IMG/VR virus record: IMGVR_UViG_3300013114_000348
Span: 1-32,642 of that record
Direction: 5' to 3' (one strand)
Length of the DNA: 32,642 nt
From: a virus
Taxonomy: Duplodnaviria > Caudoviricetes
Below, piece by piece: positions 1 through 12,100 of this stretch; the stretch's first letter is position 1; each line of letters opens with the position of its first letter. The translations under genes and the position numbers were made by a program. Below the pieces are notes generated by a model. That model saw only the letters and a list, made by a program, of their open reading frames with translations. It was not told the origin of the DNA and made no database searches.

Positions 1-1
1 A

Positions 2-2821
2 AGTACTTCCTTAAATCAAAATGCGCTACTCGTAGAGAATAGTGAGGGAACTGATACGGCTAGGTTCCGCAACGATGGGACGATTATATTCAGTGGCAGC
101 AATTATCTTTATATAACTAAGTCAGCGGGTTTATATGTAGAAAATTCCATCAAAGCTCGCGGAGGTATTAATAATGATGGTGGTGATTTAGTTCTAAGCG
201 ATACAGTAAGCATTACAGGCTCTCTGAAAATGGGCAGCACAACAGTAATAGACTCTTCACGCAATATAACTGCAACAACGGTAGGCGTTACAAATATCGT
301 CACCAATAAAGTGGTGAAGTTTAACGGCACAATCCTTGATGACTCTAATATTACGGACACAGGCAGCGCGATCACGCTAGGGTCTGCTACAACTGTATCT
401 GGCAATCTTACTGTTTCCGGTAATACTAATGCTGGTCATATCTATTCAGGTACTTCCGGTGGTACTCAGGGGGTTATAACAGCTTATTTCACTGACGGTT
501 CTCATACCTTAATGACCGGATACGGGATTACCATGAGCAGGGGTTCTAGTTATATCAGACCCACTGCTGATGATTCTCAAGTCTTAAAAATTGGTCATTC
601 CAGCGGCAATCAAGCTTGGGCTTCGGTTGGTATAGATTCGACTAGCGGTCTTTCCTTAAACGGCATCAATTTCATAAATGAATCTGGCAACATAGGCGCT
701 GGTGGCGCAGCACATAGCTCGTATGATCTAAAAGTTTACGCACTTTCCAGATTTGAAGGCACGGCTAATTTCGTGAAATCTGGTGCTGCTATACAGGTAG
801 GCGGTCAAACAGTCTTTGATTCTGATAGGAGAGCGTATGTATCTGACGGCAGTTCGTCGGCTCCATCTTTATCCAATATCGGTGATACTGATACTGGACT
901 ATGGTTCCCGTCAGCAAACCAAGTCGGGCTAGAGGCAAGTAGCGGCTTTTTGGTGAATGGGGCGCACAACAATAGCGGTAAAGCCGACATGGCTATCGAT
1001 ATTGACGGAAATCCAACTATCAGTCTCCTTGATGATCAAGTTCAGTTCGGCTCATCGGACATGAACTACAACATGAGAATGTTTTACACTGGCGATGTTG
1101 GTTATTTGGAGAGCTGGGACAATCACTTGTACCTCAAGACTACAGGATCGTCTGGGTCTACTAGTACCAAAGATATTGTTTTTTACACAATGAACGGTGC
1201 TGGCTCCAGTCCTGAAGCATTGAGGGTGAAGTCTGTAGGGACAGAAGTAAGCGGATACCTTCAATCCGGAACGAATGGCTCCACAACTGGAAGCATTACC
1301 TTAACAAATCATTATGTGAATGATGCCCGAAAGATAAACACACTTGGAACTCTACAGAGTTCTAGCGCTTGGTTGCTTGGTTACGCAATTCAGCCAAGAG
1401 AGGGAACGCCAGCTTCCGGAGAGACTAGATATGTCAGTTCTAATTCAAGCGCACTTGCAAGATCAGCGCTTGAGCTAAAACACGATCACGTCAAATTTCA
1501 TTATGCAGCGAGTCAGACTACTGCGATTGGCGATGACATAACTGGCTTAACAACACCATTCGATATGGATTTAACGAGTGGCGATCTTACTCTTGCAGGA
1601 GATTTGGATGTAACGGGCAATATCACCGCTGCCAATATAGCTAAAGCGTATACAGGTACGGTGAGCGGAGTCAGCAACTCTGGCTTCACCACAGCGTTTA
1701 AAGTTGTGGGTGCGTCAGGCGCGTTGGACACTGCGATCAGAGTGCATTTTGGGGGAACCACTGGAAGCGTGGTAGTTAGTTGTGTCGCTGACATTCAGGT
1801 CGGACACTACAGAGATATGCGGTGCGAAACGACCAGCCTATTTTATGGGAACGGGCGATTGACGTTAAAAATTGTCTCAGACGGACACGACAATTTTGCT
1901 GTGGAAGTTAAAGGAAATCATGCTAATACGGTGACACTCATAGTGCGGGTTGAGCAGCTTGACAAAGGCACAGTTACCTTTACAAATAGCCATTCGTACT
2001 CTGACTCTACGCTTGAGCATATCGCATACGGGGGTAAGCATTCTAGCTCGTATGATAGTGGCGGTTATACAGACGATCTCAGAATTGGAGGGGATTTAAG
2101 TATCCGCAAATTCCAGACCACAGGATCAGGAACGCTAACCGCCCCCCGATGGGATACCAGCATGTATGTGATGCAGAGTCAGCACTGGTACGGACACAAC
2201 TCATCTCAGCAAATGTTTTTAGGCGAAAGCGGCAATAATATTCGTGTTCGTGGCGAAATGAATATCGGGTCTGATGCTGATGCTGATGCTGGCTATAAGC
2301 TAACTGTTCGTGGTGATGCCAACACAACTGGCAGTTTTGATGTGGCTGGCGTTATTACCTGTAACCAAGTCGCATCAGATAAGAAAATGAAGTTTCGCAG
2401 GACTGGCGGAGACAACATATCTATTGAGCATGATTCGGGGCAGATTTATTTTTACAACGAGTCTGATACAACTCCGATGTGTAAGTTTAAAAATGGCGGA
2501 GATGTTGTCGCTACCGGAAACGTCACAGCATATTCAGATCAACGACTTAAAGACAACATCCAGACGCTAGATGGCTCAAAGGTAATGGAGATGCGTGGTG
2601 TCTCTTACCAAAGAGATGGAGAGGGCGGTTCTGGTGTTATAGCCCAGGAACTAGAAAAAGTTGCGCCTGAGTTAGTTCATACAGAAAGCGACGAAATGGG
2701 AACGAAAAGCGTGGCATACGGCAATCTCGTAGGCTACCTAGTGGAGTGCTGCAAGATGCAGCAAAGTCAAATTGAGGCTCTGTCCTCAGAAATAGAACTT
2801 CTAAAGGAGAAGTGCAAATGA
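2..2821 (+). CDS. Long tail fibre with C-terminal intramolecular chaperone (peptidase S74-type), 5'-truncated
   Basis: The frame is open from base 2 (STSLNQNALLVENSEG...), so the true start lies upstream of the window. The body is Gly/Ser/Thr-rich and beta-type. The C-terminus GNVTAY|SDQRLKDNI...RGVSY...GVIAQELEKVAPELV...SVAYGNLVGYLVE plus a coiled coil is the classic autocleaving chaperone. Confidence 0.93.
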   Translation, partial: STSLNQNALLVENSEGTDTARFRNDGTIIFSGSNYLYITKSAGLYVENSIKARGGINNDGGDLVLSDTVSITGSLKMGSTTVIDSSRNITATTVGVTNIVTNKVVKFNGTILDDSNITDTGSAITLGSATTVSGNLTVSGNTNAGHIYSGTSGGTQGVITAYFTDGSHTLMTGYGITMSRGSSYIRPTADDSQVLKIGHSSGNQAWASVGIDSTSGLSLNGINFINESGNIGAGGAAHSSYDLKVYALSRFEGTANFVKSGAAIQVGGQTVFDSDRRAYVSDGSSSAPSLSNIGDTDTGLWFPSANQVGLEASSGFLVNGAHNNSGKADMAIDIDGNPTISLLDDQVQFGSSDMNYNMRMFYTGDVGYLESWDNHLYLKTTGSSGSTSTKDIVFYTMNGAGSSPEALRVKSVGTEVSGYLQSGTNGSTTGSITLTNHYVNDARKINTLGTLQSSSAWLLGYAIQPREGTPASGETRYVSSNSSALARSALELKHDHVKFHYAASQTTAIGDDITGLTTPFDMDLTSGDLTLAGDLDVTGNITAANIAKAYTGTVSGVSNSGFTTAFKVVGASGALDTAIRVHFGGTTGSVVVSCVADIQVGHYRDMRCETTSLFYGNGRLTLKIVSDGHDNFAVEVKGNHANTVTLIVRVEQLDKGTVTFTNSHSYSDSTLEHIAYGGKHSSSYDSGGYTDDLRIGGDLSIRKFQTTGSGTLTAPRWDTSMYVMQSQHWYGHNSSQQMFLGESGNNIRVRGEMNIGSDADADAGYKLTVRGDANTTGSFDVAGVITCNQVASDKKMKFRRTGGDNISIEHDSGQIYFYNESDTTPMCKFKNGGDVVATGNVTAYSDQRLKDNIQTLDGSKVMEMRGVSYQRDGEGGSGVIAQELEKVAPELVHTESDEMGTKSVAYGNLVGYLVECCKMQQSQIEALSSEIELLKEKCK

Positions 2822-3081
2822 TAGTTAGAACAAGAAGCGTACAGCGCTGCGAGGTTTATGGACCTGTAGATGGCGAACTGCCCACGGTTATGGTGGTTTA
2901 CTCAGACAGCTTTGATGATCCAGATGATGACACGTTGCCAGTGGAAACCATTAAGACGGTACATCTCCACCACTCTAATTCGCAGATGGACGAGGAAGGG
3001 ATAACCACAGAGACGGTGACAGATATCTCTGGCGAAGACCCCATGGTGGTCACTATTTGTAATGCGGTCTGGGATCGTTAA
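2818..3081 (+). CDS. Small acidic protein, probable tail-fibre accessory/assembly protein
   Basis: ATGA overlap with the fibre stop codon and AAGGAG RBS upstream. C-terminal 'TDISGEDPMVVTICNAVW' motif is typical of small genes that follow phage fibres. Function inferred from position. Confidence 0.6.
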   Translation: MIVRTRSVQRCEVYGPVDGELPTVMVVYSDSFDDPDDDTLPVETIKTVHLHHSNSQMDEEGITTETVTDISGEDPMVVTICNAVWDR

Positions 3082-3725
3082 TGACGCTACCTTCTTCTGG
3101 CACAATATCGTTTGGAAGCCTTCAGACTGAGTTTGGAGGTTCCCATCCGATTACCATGGCAGAGTATAACGGGTATACCGGAATAGGCTCGACGGTAGAG
3201 GTTAGCCTGGACGATTTTTATGGGCTGTACCGAAGACCTCTTCATCCATCAAGGCTTTCTACTGACACTTCTGGATTAGGCTATTGTCAGGTTGACAATG
3301 CATTTACAACTGCTTCAGGCACTGATCAGGGAACGGGTTCGTACACAGCCTTGTCTATCGATGTTACAGCTGGACAGAAGGTCATCGTGGCGCTTTACGG
3401 TTATGCGGACTCAGATGACGATGACTACAATGTTGCGGGTTTTTATGGGAAGGCTAATACGAGCGCTGCCGTTACTACAACCGCTGCCAGTCACAAGAAC
3501 ACAGGCAATATAGGAACCCCAACAGACGAAACAACTTGGTCGATTCCTACTTCATCAATTACTAAGATGTATTCTTATCCATCTGTGGACCAGGGGGATT
3601 GGCATCAAACCTCCGTTGAATTTACAGCAACCCAAGAAATGATAAACATCTCTGGTGCTGCTTTTACATTTATGACAGCTAGCTATTTAAACCACTACAG
3701 ATACTTTGACGTTACTTTTACCTAA
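3081..3725 (+). CDS. Putative fibre-tip adhesin / receptor-binding accessory protein
   Basis: TAATG coupling. N-terminal motif MTLPSSGTISF...QTEFGGSHPITMAEY...SLDDFYG is recurrent in genes downstream of S74-type fibres. The C-terminal domain is beta-rich. Confidence 0.6.
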   Translation: MTLPSSGTISFGSLQTEFGGSHPITMAEYNGYTGIGSTVEVSLDDFYGLYRRPLHPSRLSTDTSGLGYCQVDNAFTTASGTDQGTGSYTALSIDVTAGQKVIVALYGYADSDDDDYNVAGFYGKANTSAAVTTTAASHKNTGNIGTPTDETTWSIPTSSITKMYSYPSVDQGDWHQTSVEFTATQEMINISGAAFTFMTASYLNHYRYFDVTFT

Positions 3726-3735
3726 GGAGCTATTT

Positions 3736-4050
3736 ATGGACATCGTTAAAACAATTAATCACGTTAAAGTTGAGCCTGTTTTGGTTGATGATAATGGGGT
3801 TACTCGCTCTGACGTTATTACTGGCGCGGAGGTCTTTGTGAGCGCCACTGAGGGGGAGTTTGAGAATTCCATGCGAACCACATTGCCCTTGGATGCGAGT
3901 GATCTCTCTGATTTTGTTTCTTTTAGTGCCATGAATAACGAGCTAGTAATAGGGTGGCTTAACAATCAAATCGAGCCAATTATCCTGGCTCTAGAAAATG
4001 CCGTTATGGCAAAGGCGAATCAAACATTTCAAATTAGGATTCTAGAGTGA
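3736..4050 (+). CDS. Small tail-fibre-associated protein (resembles DUF7936-like family, from recall)
   Basis: TAAGGAG RBS before ATG 3736, a better start than 3706. Motif 'SDFVSFSAMNNELVIGWL'. Confidence 0.55.
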   Translation: MDIVKTINHVKVEPVLVDDNGVTRSDVITGAEVFVSATEGEFENSMRTTLPLDASDLSDFVSFSAMNNELVIGWLNNQIEPIILALENAVMAKANQTFQIRILE

Positions 4051-4430
4051 GCATTATTGGCAACATTCTGGGGGGATTAGGAGGCAAGGTTGTAGAAGCT
4101 TGGTCTGCCCGTGGAGAACGAAAACATACCGAAAAGGTCCGCGCACTTGAGATTGATGAGTTGCGTCATAAGGCTAGATTAGAGATGGCTACCAAAGCGC
4201 AGGAAATGGATAATTCTTGGGAGCTTGAGCAGATAAAGAACTCAGGATTCAAAGATGAGTGGGTCTTGTTTTTGTTGAGCATCCCGTTGGTGATGAGCTT
4301 TATTCCAGCCACAGTCGGCTATGTAGAGGCTGGGTTTGCAGCGCTGGAGAAAACACCTTCTTGGTATCAGTGGCTCATTTTGGCAATTTTTGCTGGAATT
4401 TATGGAATCAGAATCTGGAGGCGCAAATGA
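4047..4430 (+). CDS. Holin-like membrane protein
   Basis: GTGA overlap. Amphipathic N-terminus, coiled coil, 'SGFKDEWVLFLLSIPLVMSFIP' and 'TPSWYQWLILAIFAGIYGIR' hydrophobic helices, and a basic C-terminus. Confidence 0.75.
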   Translation: MSIIGNILGGLGGKVVEAWSARGERKHTEKVRALEIDELRHKARLEMATKAQEMDNSWELEQIKNSGFKDEWVLFLLSIPLVMSFIPATVGYVEAGFAALEKTPSWYQWLILAIFAGIYGIRIWRRK

Positions 4431-6103
4431 GCGGCTTCAAGCTGACCACGTTTGGAGGTAAGGCTCCTAAAATATATAGCAGATTGCTGCCTAACGACAT
4501 GGCTACTGTTGCCACAAATACGAGGCTTGACTCTGGTCGGTTAGAGCCATGGAAGTCAAACGCTTCTGCTAGCGTTACGCCTGTAGCTAGCTACTCCATA
4601 AGCGGATCAACAAAGACGCTTTTTCGATACTCAAGTTCAATCTGGATAGGATCTGACGCTGTCCTGGATATTGTGCGAAGCCCTATTGCGGAAGATCAGC
4701 ACGAAAGATTGTATGTAACAGGAATGGGAGCCAGCCAGTCACCATATAACAGCACCTCCGGTTATCCTCGAATGACAACAGCTCAGATAGTCGGCAACTC
4801 AACTTATTATAGACTGGGGATGCCAGTACCAGCAGACCTAGATTCGGTAACACTCAGCCCAACCACCTCAACGAAAGTGGATTCGGAAATCCCTCAATCT
4901 AGAAGTTATATTTTCTCTTATGTATCTGCTTATGGAGAGGAGGGCGTACCAAGCACAGCGCTAGTTAGCCAGGTTGTAGATGTCTACAGCGATCAGACCG
5001 TTACAGTAGATTTCCCAGCCAACCCGTCTGGCAATTATAATCTTACGAAGAAAAGACTCTACCGCACAGATAGCGGAGGAGTGTTTCGGCATGTTACGGA
5101 TGTTGCTCTTGCAACAGACACGCACCCAGATACAACGACAGAATCTAATTTGGGGGAAGAGATTCCCACAACTACTTTTGATGCTCCGCCAGATGATGTT
5201 TCGGCAGACCACCCTGACGGTCCTTTGCTTGGGTTGGTGAGCATGCCAAATGGAATCTTGGCTGGCTTTTCCGGTCAGACGGTTTCGTTCTCTCAGGCAT
5301 TCCAGCCTCATGCCTTCCCCGACGAGTTTAAGCTTACGGTTAAGAGTGACATTGTTGCTATTGCTCCGTTAAATACGGGGTTATTGGTTTTAACGAAAGA
5401 GAAGCCTTCTCTTATTCAAGGCTTGGACCCTAGCTCGATGAGCATGATTGAGGTTGACTCAACCTTGTCTTGTGTATCTAAGCGCAGCGTTGTGGACATG
5501 GGCGATAGTGTGATGTACGCAAGCCCAGACGGTCTTGTTGTTGCAACAGACAGCGGCGTTAATTTGGCGACTGAAGGTTTGCTGAGCAGAGATCAATGGC
5601 AAGAGCTTTCGCCGTCATCAATTGTTGGCTTTCAGTGGGAAGGACACTATTTGGGGTTTTATACGAATAGTACAGAGAGCAAGGGTTTTATTTTTGACCC
5701 CAGAGGCGGGAAAGCAAGTTACGTTAAATTAGACTTCCACGCGACTGCTGGCTACAACGATCTGGAGAACGATGAACTATATTTGGTGGTAGGTGGTTCT
5801 GTTGTGAAGTTTGCAACAGGAGCAGCGTCAAATTTTACTTGGCGGACAAAAAAGTTCTACACCCCCAATCCAGTTAATCCTGGGGTGGCAAAGGTTAATT
5901 GCGATGCATATAGTCCGTCTCCAGTGTTCAAGCTATACGCAGACGGTGTATTGAAGCACACGCAAACAGTTTCCGACTCAGAGATATTTAAGCTTCCTTC
6001 TGGATACAAGGCTCGTGAATTTGAAGTAGAGCTAACAGGCTCTGTTCCAATAAATGAAGTCTGTGTTTACGAAAGCTCTGGAGAAATTGGTGAGCAAGGC
6101 TAA
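4427..6103 (+). CDS. Podovirus tail nozzle / stabilisation-type protein (beta-propeller-rich)
   Basis: ATGA overlap and GGAGG RBS put the start at 4427, not 4259. 'FGGKAPKIYSRLLP', 'RSYIFSYVSAYGEEGVPS', 'SCVSKRSVV...VMYASPDGLV' and 'FTWRTKKF' motifs match this tail-protein class. Confidence 0.75.
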   Translation: MSGFKLTTFGGKAPKIYSRLLPNDMATVATNTRLDSGRLEPWKSNASASVTPVASYSISGSTKTLFRYSSSIWIGSDAVLDIVRSPIAEDQHERLYVTGMGASQSPYNSTSGYPRMTTAQIVGNSTYYRLGMPVPADLDSVTLSPTTSTKVDSEIPQSRSYIFSYVSAYGEEGVPSTALVSQVVDVYSDQTVTVDFPANPSGNYNLTKKRLYRTDSGGVFRHVTDVALATDTHPDTTTESNLGEEIPTTTFDAPPDDVSADHPDGPLLGLVSMPNGILAGFSGQTVSFSQAFQPHAFPDEFKLTVKSDIVAIAPLNTGLLVLTKEKPSLIQGLDPSSMSMIEVDSTLSCVSKRSVVDMGDSVMYASPDGLVVATDSGVNLATEGLLSRDQWQELSPSSIVGFQWEGHYLGFYTNSTESKGFIFDPRGGKASYVKLDFHATAGYNDLENDELYLVVGGSVVKFATGAASNFTWRTKKFYTPNPVNPGVAKVNCDAYSPSPVFKLYADGVLKHTQTVSDSEIFKLPSGYKAREFEVELTGSVPINEVCVYESSGEIGEQG

Positions 6104-9100
6104 TTTATCCGTTCCTTATCATTGGTCAAATCCCGATAAAAGGTTTGGCGAATCAATCAAAGAAAACCTAGATGTCTTGCTTGGTCATCGTGGCGCATCT
6201 CTTGATCGAGCGGTAACATTTAGAGACCTTGTTAGCTCTGGGGTTGTTGCATTGCGATCAGGCGAGTCAACCTTTGATGGTAGTGCCACGTCTGTCGCAC
6301 CCGTAAATTCTACGGTCATTTATGATACTCCCCCTGCACCTACTAATCTAACTGCCAGTGGGGCATTTCAATCAGTCCTTCTCAGCTGGGACATCCAGAC
6401 CTATACGGGGCATAGCGGGATTGAAGTATGGAGACATACTAGCGACAGCATATCTGACGCGACAATGGTTGCCCAGGTAAGTGGGTACACATCATCTTAC
6501 TCTGATCCTGTTGGGGGAGGGGTAACTCGATATTATTGGGTTCGGGGTGTAAATCAGAACGGAGCATTTGGCTCATTCAATAATTCAACCGGAACGGCAG
6601 GGACCACAGTAGCTGACCTTTCTGTGGTTATGACGCTCTTGTCCAACCAAATAACAACATCAGAACTGGCTACATCCCTTGCGACACCTATTGCCAGCAT
6701 CTCGACTATCAGTGGATTGCAGACGGCATTCAGCACCTATACTGGTTATACAGCTAGCTATAGTGGTAGCAGTTTGTTGTCGAGAATTACGAGCAGCGAG
6801 ACAAGCATTACGAGCGCAAATAGCTCTATCAGCAGCTTGCAAACAACATCCAATTCGTTGTCTTCATCTGTTACGTCTTTGAACACCACGACTAGCGGAT
6901 TATCAACCAGCGTTACATCTCTTAATACCACGGTCAGCAGTCTGTCAACGACTTCAGCATCCCACACAAGTTCTATTGATGACCTGGACGACGAAGTCTT
7001 TAATGCCAACGGCACAGCTAGGCTGGCAACTTCCTCTGCCCTAACGAGCGTTCAGACATCTGTTTCCTCGTTAAACACGTCTGTCTCCAATCTGCAAAGT
7101 TCAGTTTCGGATCTTACGACAGGGGTGAGTAGTGTTTATGTCCAAGCTTCTGCTCCGACAGGGACCATCAGCACTAATAGCCGCTGGTATGATAGCGACG
7201 ATTCAATGTCGCCATATTACTACTCAGGGTCAGCTTGGGTCAGCTTGGAAGACCCTAGAATAGGGGATAATGAAACAGAGATAACTTCACTTAAAGCTGA
7301 GGTGTTTACGGCTAATGGAGGTTCCAGGCTAGCCACAGCATCCGCATTGAGTACGCTTGACACAACTGTGGTCAGTCAGGGTAATAGCATCACAAGCATA
7401 TCGGCAGATGTGACCGCTCTCAATAATTCAGTTTACGACTCATCAGGGAATTTGGAGCTTGCGACTAGCTCTGCACTGAGCAGTCTTACCAGTACAGTGA
7501 ACTCTCAAGGCGGCAGCATATCGGCAGCGCAGACAGATATCACAGACCTGGAAGCAGATGTCTACGACTCCAGCGGAAGTGTAAAGCTTGCAACCACATC
7601 AGCAGTGAACCAGCTAACCAACTCAGTTGAGGCAATCTATGACGGAACAAACGCTAGTATTGTTAAGACTATTCAGACTGATGTTTCGGCTCTAGATGCG
7701 GAGGTTTTTAACAATGACGGGACTTCTAGATTAGCCACTGGTTCCGCTTTAAGTGGGTTGACAAACACGGTTACGTCACAAGGAAGCTCGATCAGCAGCA
7801 TACAGACTGACGTGTCCGCCCTAGAGGGGCAAGTATTTGACTCAAGCGGTAATCTAGCATTAGCGACAGGTTCCGCTCTAAGCGGTGTTAGCAATACTGT
7901 CACTTCGCAAGGCACTACGTTAACGAGTGCGCAAGATGATATCAGCGATCTAAATGCAGAAGTTTTTAATGGCGATGGGACAGCCCGCCTGGCAACCGGA
8001 TCTTCAGTATCGAGTTTAACCAACACGGTAACCAGTCAGGGCAATTCAATTTCATCCGCGCAGACAGACATTTCTGCGCTAGAAGCCGATGTGTTTAATT
8101 CGGACGGAACTTCTCGTCTGGCAACTGGATCAGCGCTAACGGGTCTCACAAACTCTGTTACGGCAATTTATGACGGAACAAATGCCAGCGTGGTTAAGTC
8201 TGTTCAAACCGATATCTCAACCCTCGAAAGCGAAGTCTTCAACGGTGACGGGTCTTCTAGGCTTGCGACTGGGACTGCTTTGTCTGGGTTGACCAATACG
8301 GTCAGCGCTCAAAGTGACAGCATCAGCGGATTACAAACATCCGTATCCAGTTCACAGACCGACATATCAACATTGGAAGGGGCTGTATTTGATAGCTCAG
8401 GCAACGTTCAGCTGGCGACATCTAGCGCTCTTACTGGACTAACCAACTCAGTTGAGGCAATTTATGATGGAACTAATCCTAGTGTTATCAAGACGGTTCA
8501 GACTGATGTAGCTTCTCTTGAGGGAGAGGTATTCAATGCAAATGGAACCTCTAGGTTAGCTACAGGGTCTGCATTAACCGGATTAACGAATACGGTCACA
8601 GCAATTTATGATGGCGATAATCCCAGCACGGTTAAATCCATTCAATCAGATGTCAGCACCATCAATGGGGTTCTGTTTGATGCCAACGGCAACACTCAAA
8701 TTGCCACCTCTTCTGCAATTGCTGGAATACAGAACGATTTAGAGGTTATTTATGATGGCGAAAATGCTTCCCTTGTTAAGTCCATTCAGTCGGATATTGT
8801 TGACCTAGAGGGAGAGGTTTTCAACTCAAATGGAACGGCACGACTAGCGACAGGAAGTGCTGTCAGTAGTCTCTCTAACGATGTTACGGCAATCTATGAT
8901 GGAACAAATGCCAGTGTTGTGAAGTCTGTGCAGACAGACGTGTCTGCTATCCAAGGAGTCTTGTATGACAGCAACGGGAACGTGCAGATTGCAACCTCTG
9001 CCGCAATTGCTGGATTGTCGAATGACCTAGAGGCAGTTTATGACGGTGATAATCCCAGCATTATAAAGACCGTTCAGACAGATGTGTCCGCGTTAGAGGG

Positions 9101-12100
9101 GCAAGTATTTAATTCTGACGGTACTGCCAGACTAGCCACAGGAACCGCGCTAACGGGGCTTACTAATAGCGTTACTGCCATCTATGACGGAGGCAATGCT
9201 AGTGTGGTTAAGCTTGTTCAGGATGATGTCTCAGCCTTGGAGGGTGAAGTATTTAATGCAAACGGCACATCCAGACTGGCTACTGGCGCAGCGTTAACGG
9301 GTCTCACAAATTCTGTTACCGCTATCTACGATGGAGAAAATGCCAGTTATATTAAGACGATTCAGACGGATGTTTCGGCTCTAGATGCCGAAGTATTTAA
9401 TGCAAACGGCACTTCCCGACTTGCCACAGGATCAGCGCTAACGGGTTTAACGAATAGCGTGGAAGCAATCTATGACGGGACAAACGCTAGCGTAGTAAAG
9501 ACCGTGCAAGAAGACGTGTCTGATATTCAGGGTGTTTTATACGACAGCAACGGGAATGTGCAGATTGCAACATCGGCAGCAATCGCAGGGTTAAGCGCTA
9601 AAATTATAGCCATATATGATCCGGATGACTCGACAGCAGTTACCCAGGTTAGCGTTATTCAAGGAGATATAACTGATCTAGAAGGAGAGGTGTTCAATGC
9701 CAATGGAACCGCTCGATTGGCTACGACAACCGCGCTGACTGGTGTTAGCAACGCTGTAACTGCGATATATGATCCAGATGATGCTAGCGCTGTTACTCAA
9801 ATCAGCATAGTGCAAGGGAACGTGGCAGACTTGGAAGCTGAAGTTTTCAATGCAAACGGAACGGGGCGACTGGCTACTGTTTCAGCCTTGACAGGGGTGA
9901 CCAACAGCGTTGAGGCAATTTATGACGGTGACGAACCTAGCGTTGTCAAAACCATCCAGGGCGATATAACTGATTTAAACTCCGCTGTTTTTGATGCAAG
10001 TGGCGCAGTCCAGTTAGCGACAACATCCGCTTTAACTGGGTTAACGAATAACGTGCTAGCTGTCTATAATGCTGACGATAGCACTGCTGTCACTATTGTT
10101 TCTACCTTGCAGAGCGATGTAACTGATTTAAGCACTGAAGTTTTCGCTACAGATGGGTCCAGCTTGCTAGCAACTGCTGACGCATTAAGTTCTCTTACCT
10201 CTGATGTTGAAGCAATTTATGACGGTGATAACGCCAGCTATGTTAAGGCAATTCAAGAAGATATCTCTACACTAAACAGCAGCGTTTATAACAATGACGG
10301 GACCGCAAAGCTTGCGGAAGCAACTGCTGTTAGCGCCTTACTGACGGAAGTTTATGGCGCTGGCAATGAGAGCGGGGCGAATTTATCTAGAATAGACAGC
10401 CTGGATGCAACAGTCACGAATGAGACCACTGGAATTTCAGCGATTGGCACAGCGGTCAGCACTTTAAATGTTGAGTTGTGGGGATCAGGTGTTACGCCAG
10501 GTTCTGCCGCTAGTAGGCTGGACACGATTAGTTCTGCCTTGACAAATGAAAGCGGAGAAATTGAGGTAGTCAGCGCAGATGCTTTTAGCGCTTTGCAGAC
10601 TGAGGTTTTAGGATCAAACACGGTGAGCGCATCACGGATCGACGGACTTTCTTCTGTCGTTTTTGATGAGAACGGGGCAGTAGCCCTTGCGACAGCCGAA
10701 GCGCTAGAAGAAGTTAAAGTAGAAATAACAACCGGAGGGGCGCTTGCCAGCAGGATAGATAATTTGTCAGCTGCCATGTGGGTTGACGGGGCATCTGGGA
10801 CAACTAATTTTGCTTCAGCCACATCTTTTGATAACGTCAATAACGAAGTCTTTCCTAACGGTCAAGCTTCAGCATCTCGATTAAGCCAGCTATCAGCTGC
10901 CATGTGGACAGACGGAGATCCAACTAAAGACCCTCTTCTCAGTGCTGACGTGCTAAGTAGTGTTACGGCTGAAATATTCCCAGACAGCAACACAGCTTCA
11001 GCTAGCAGAATTGATACTTTAACCACCACAGTGTCTGGCGAGGACGGAGAAAGCGGATTGGTTGGCAGCATGTCAACAATCGAAAATTTAGTTACAGGGG
11101 AAAACGGACTCACCAGCCAGCATATGGTGAAAACCGACTTAAACGGTTACATCACTGGATACGGACTAACTTCTAGCGTTGAGAGCGGAACAGGGAATAC
11201 TGACAGCGCCTTCATTGTTGTTGCAGACAAGTTTGCTTTGGTCCCGCCTGGTGCAGGAACATTATCAAACCCCAACAACGTAAGTACCGCGCAACCAGAT
11301 GTCATTGTCCCGTTTTCTGTTAAAAGCACAGCAGAAACATTAGATTCGGGAACAGTTGTGCCAGCTGGTGTTTATATTGACTCTGCATTCATAGAGAACG
11401 GATCGATCACTACCGCGCAAATAGAGACCGCTACCGTTGATATTTTAAATGTGACAGGAAATCTAAGCGCAAACAGGATTCAAGGCGGAACAATTGAAAC
11501 CAGTCTCCTCAATATTGATGACAGCACACTGACGAGTGTTACGGTCAACGGGGTCGCGCAGCTTCAAGTAGGCAATCTAAATGCCTCTGCAATCACGGCA
11601 GGGAACATCTCAGCCGATGTAATGGAAGGCACAACGGTTTACGCTAATCGTCTGGAGGGGGATGTAAATACCCTTCTTCCGTTCAGGAATACGACTGTAA
11701 CAAGTTTTCAAAACAACGAAACCACTGTTATAGAAGTGAGCCTGAGTGAAAGCACCCATGTGACAGAAGGGCATCAGGTCTTCGCTCAAGCGTCTGGCTA
11801 TCTCAATTGCACCGCTGAGAAAGTTTACAGAATGCGGATGTATATGAAGACGGACGTAAATACAAGCGACAATCTGGGAACGCCAAACAGCGTGGGTTAT
11901 TCACAATCCGGTTATAGCTTTTATTTTTACGTTGTGTATACCGGAGATTTTTCCTCTAGAGTCAGTGTTGGTGGAACCATCAGCACCTCATCTAAATCTG
12001 GATATGTTTCTGGCGTAACCTATAGCGGAGGGTCAACAAAAATTTATTACAACATACAGAGCGGGTCTGCATTTGACGCTAGCGACAACATTACCTTCTA

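Noticed and set aside
3292-3513. Alternate-frame + ORF in the adhesin gene (similarly 6679-6882 and 31431-31631)
   Set aside because: Non-ATG starts, no convincing RBS and shadow-like composition.
4259-4426. N-terminal extension of the 614-aa tail ORF
   Set aside because: It overlaps the holin. The ATGA-coupled start at 4427 with GGAGG RBS is far better.
6996-10350. Repeat array as CRISPR or DGR template/variable repeats
   Set aside because: The repeats are in-frame and degenerate mostly at synonymous positions. There are no constant repeat-spacer units, no adenine-specific mismatch pattern was noticed, and no RT or cas gene is in the window.
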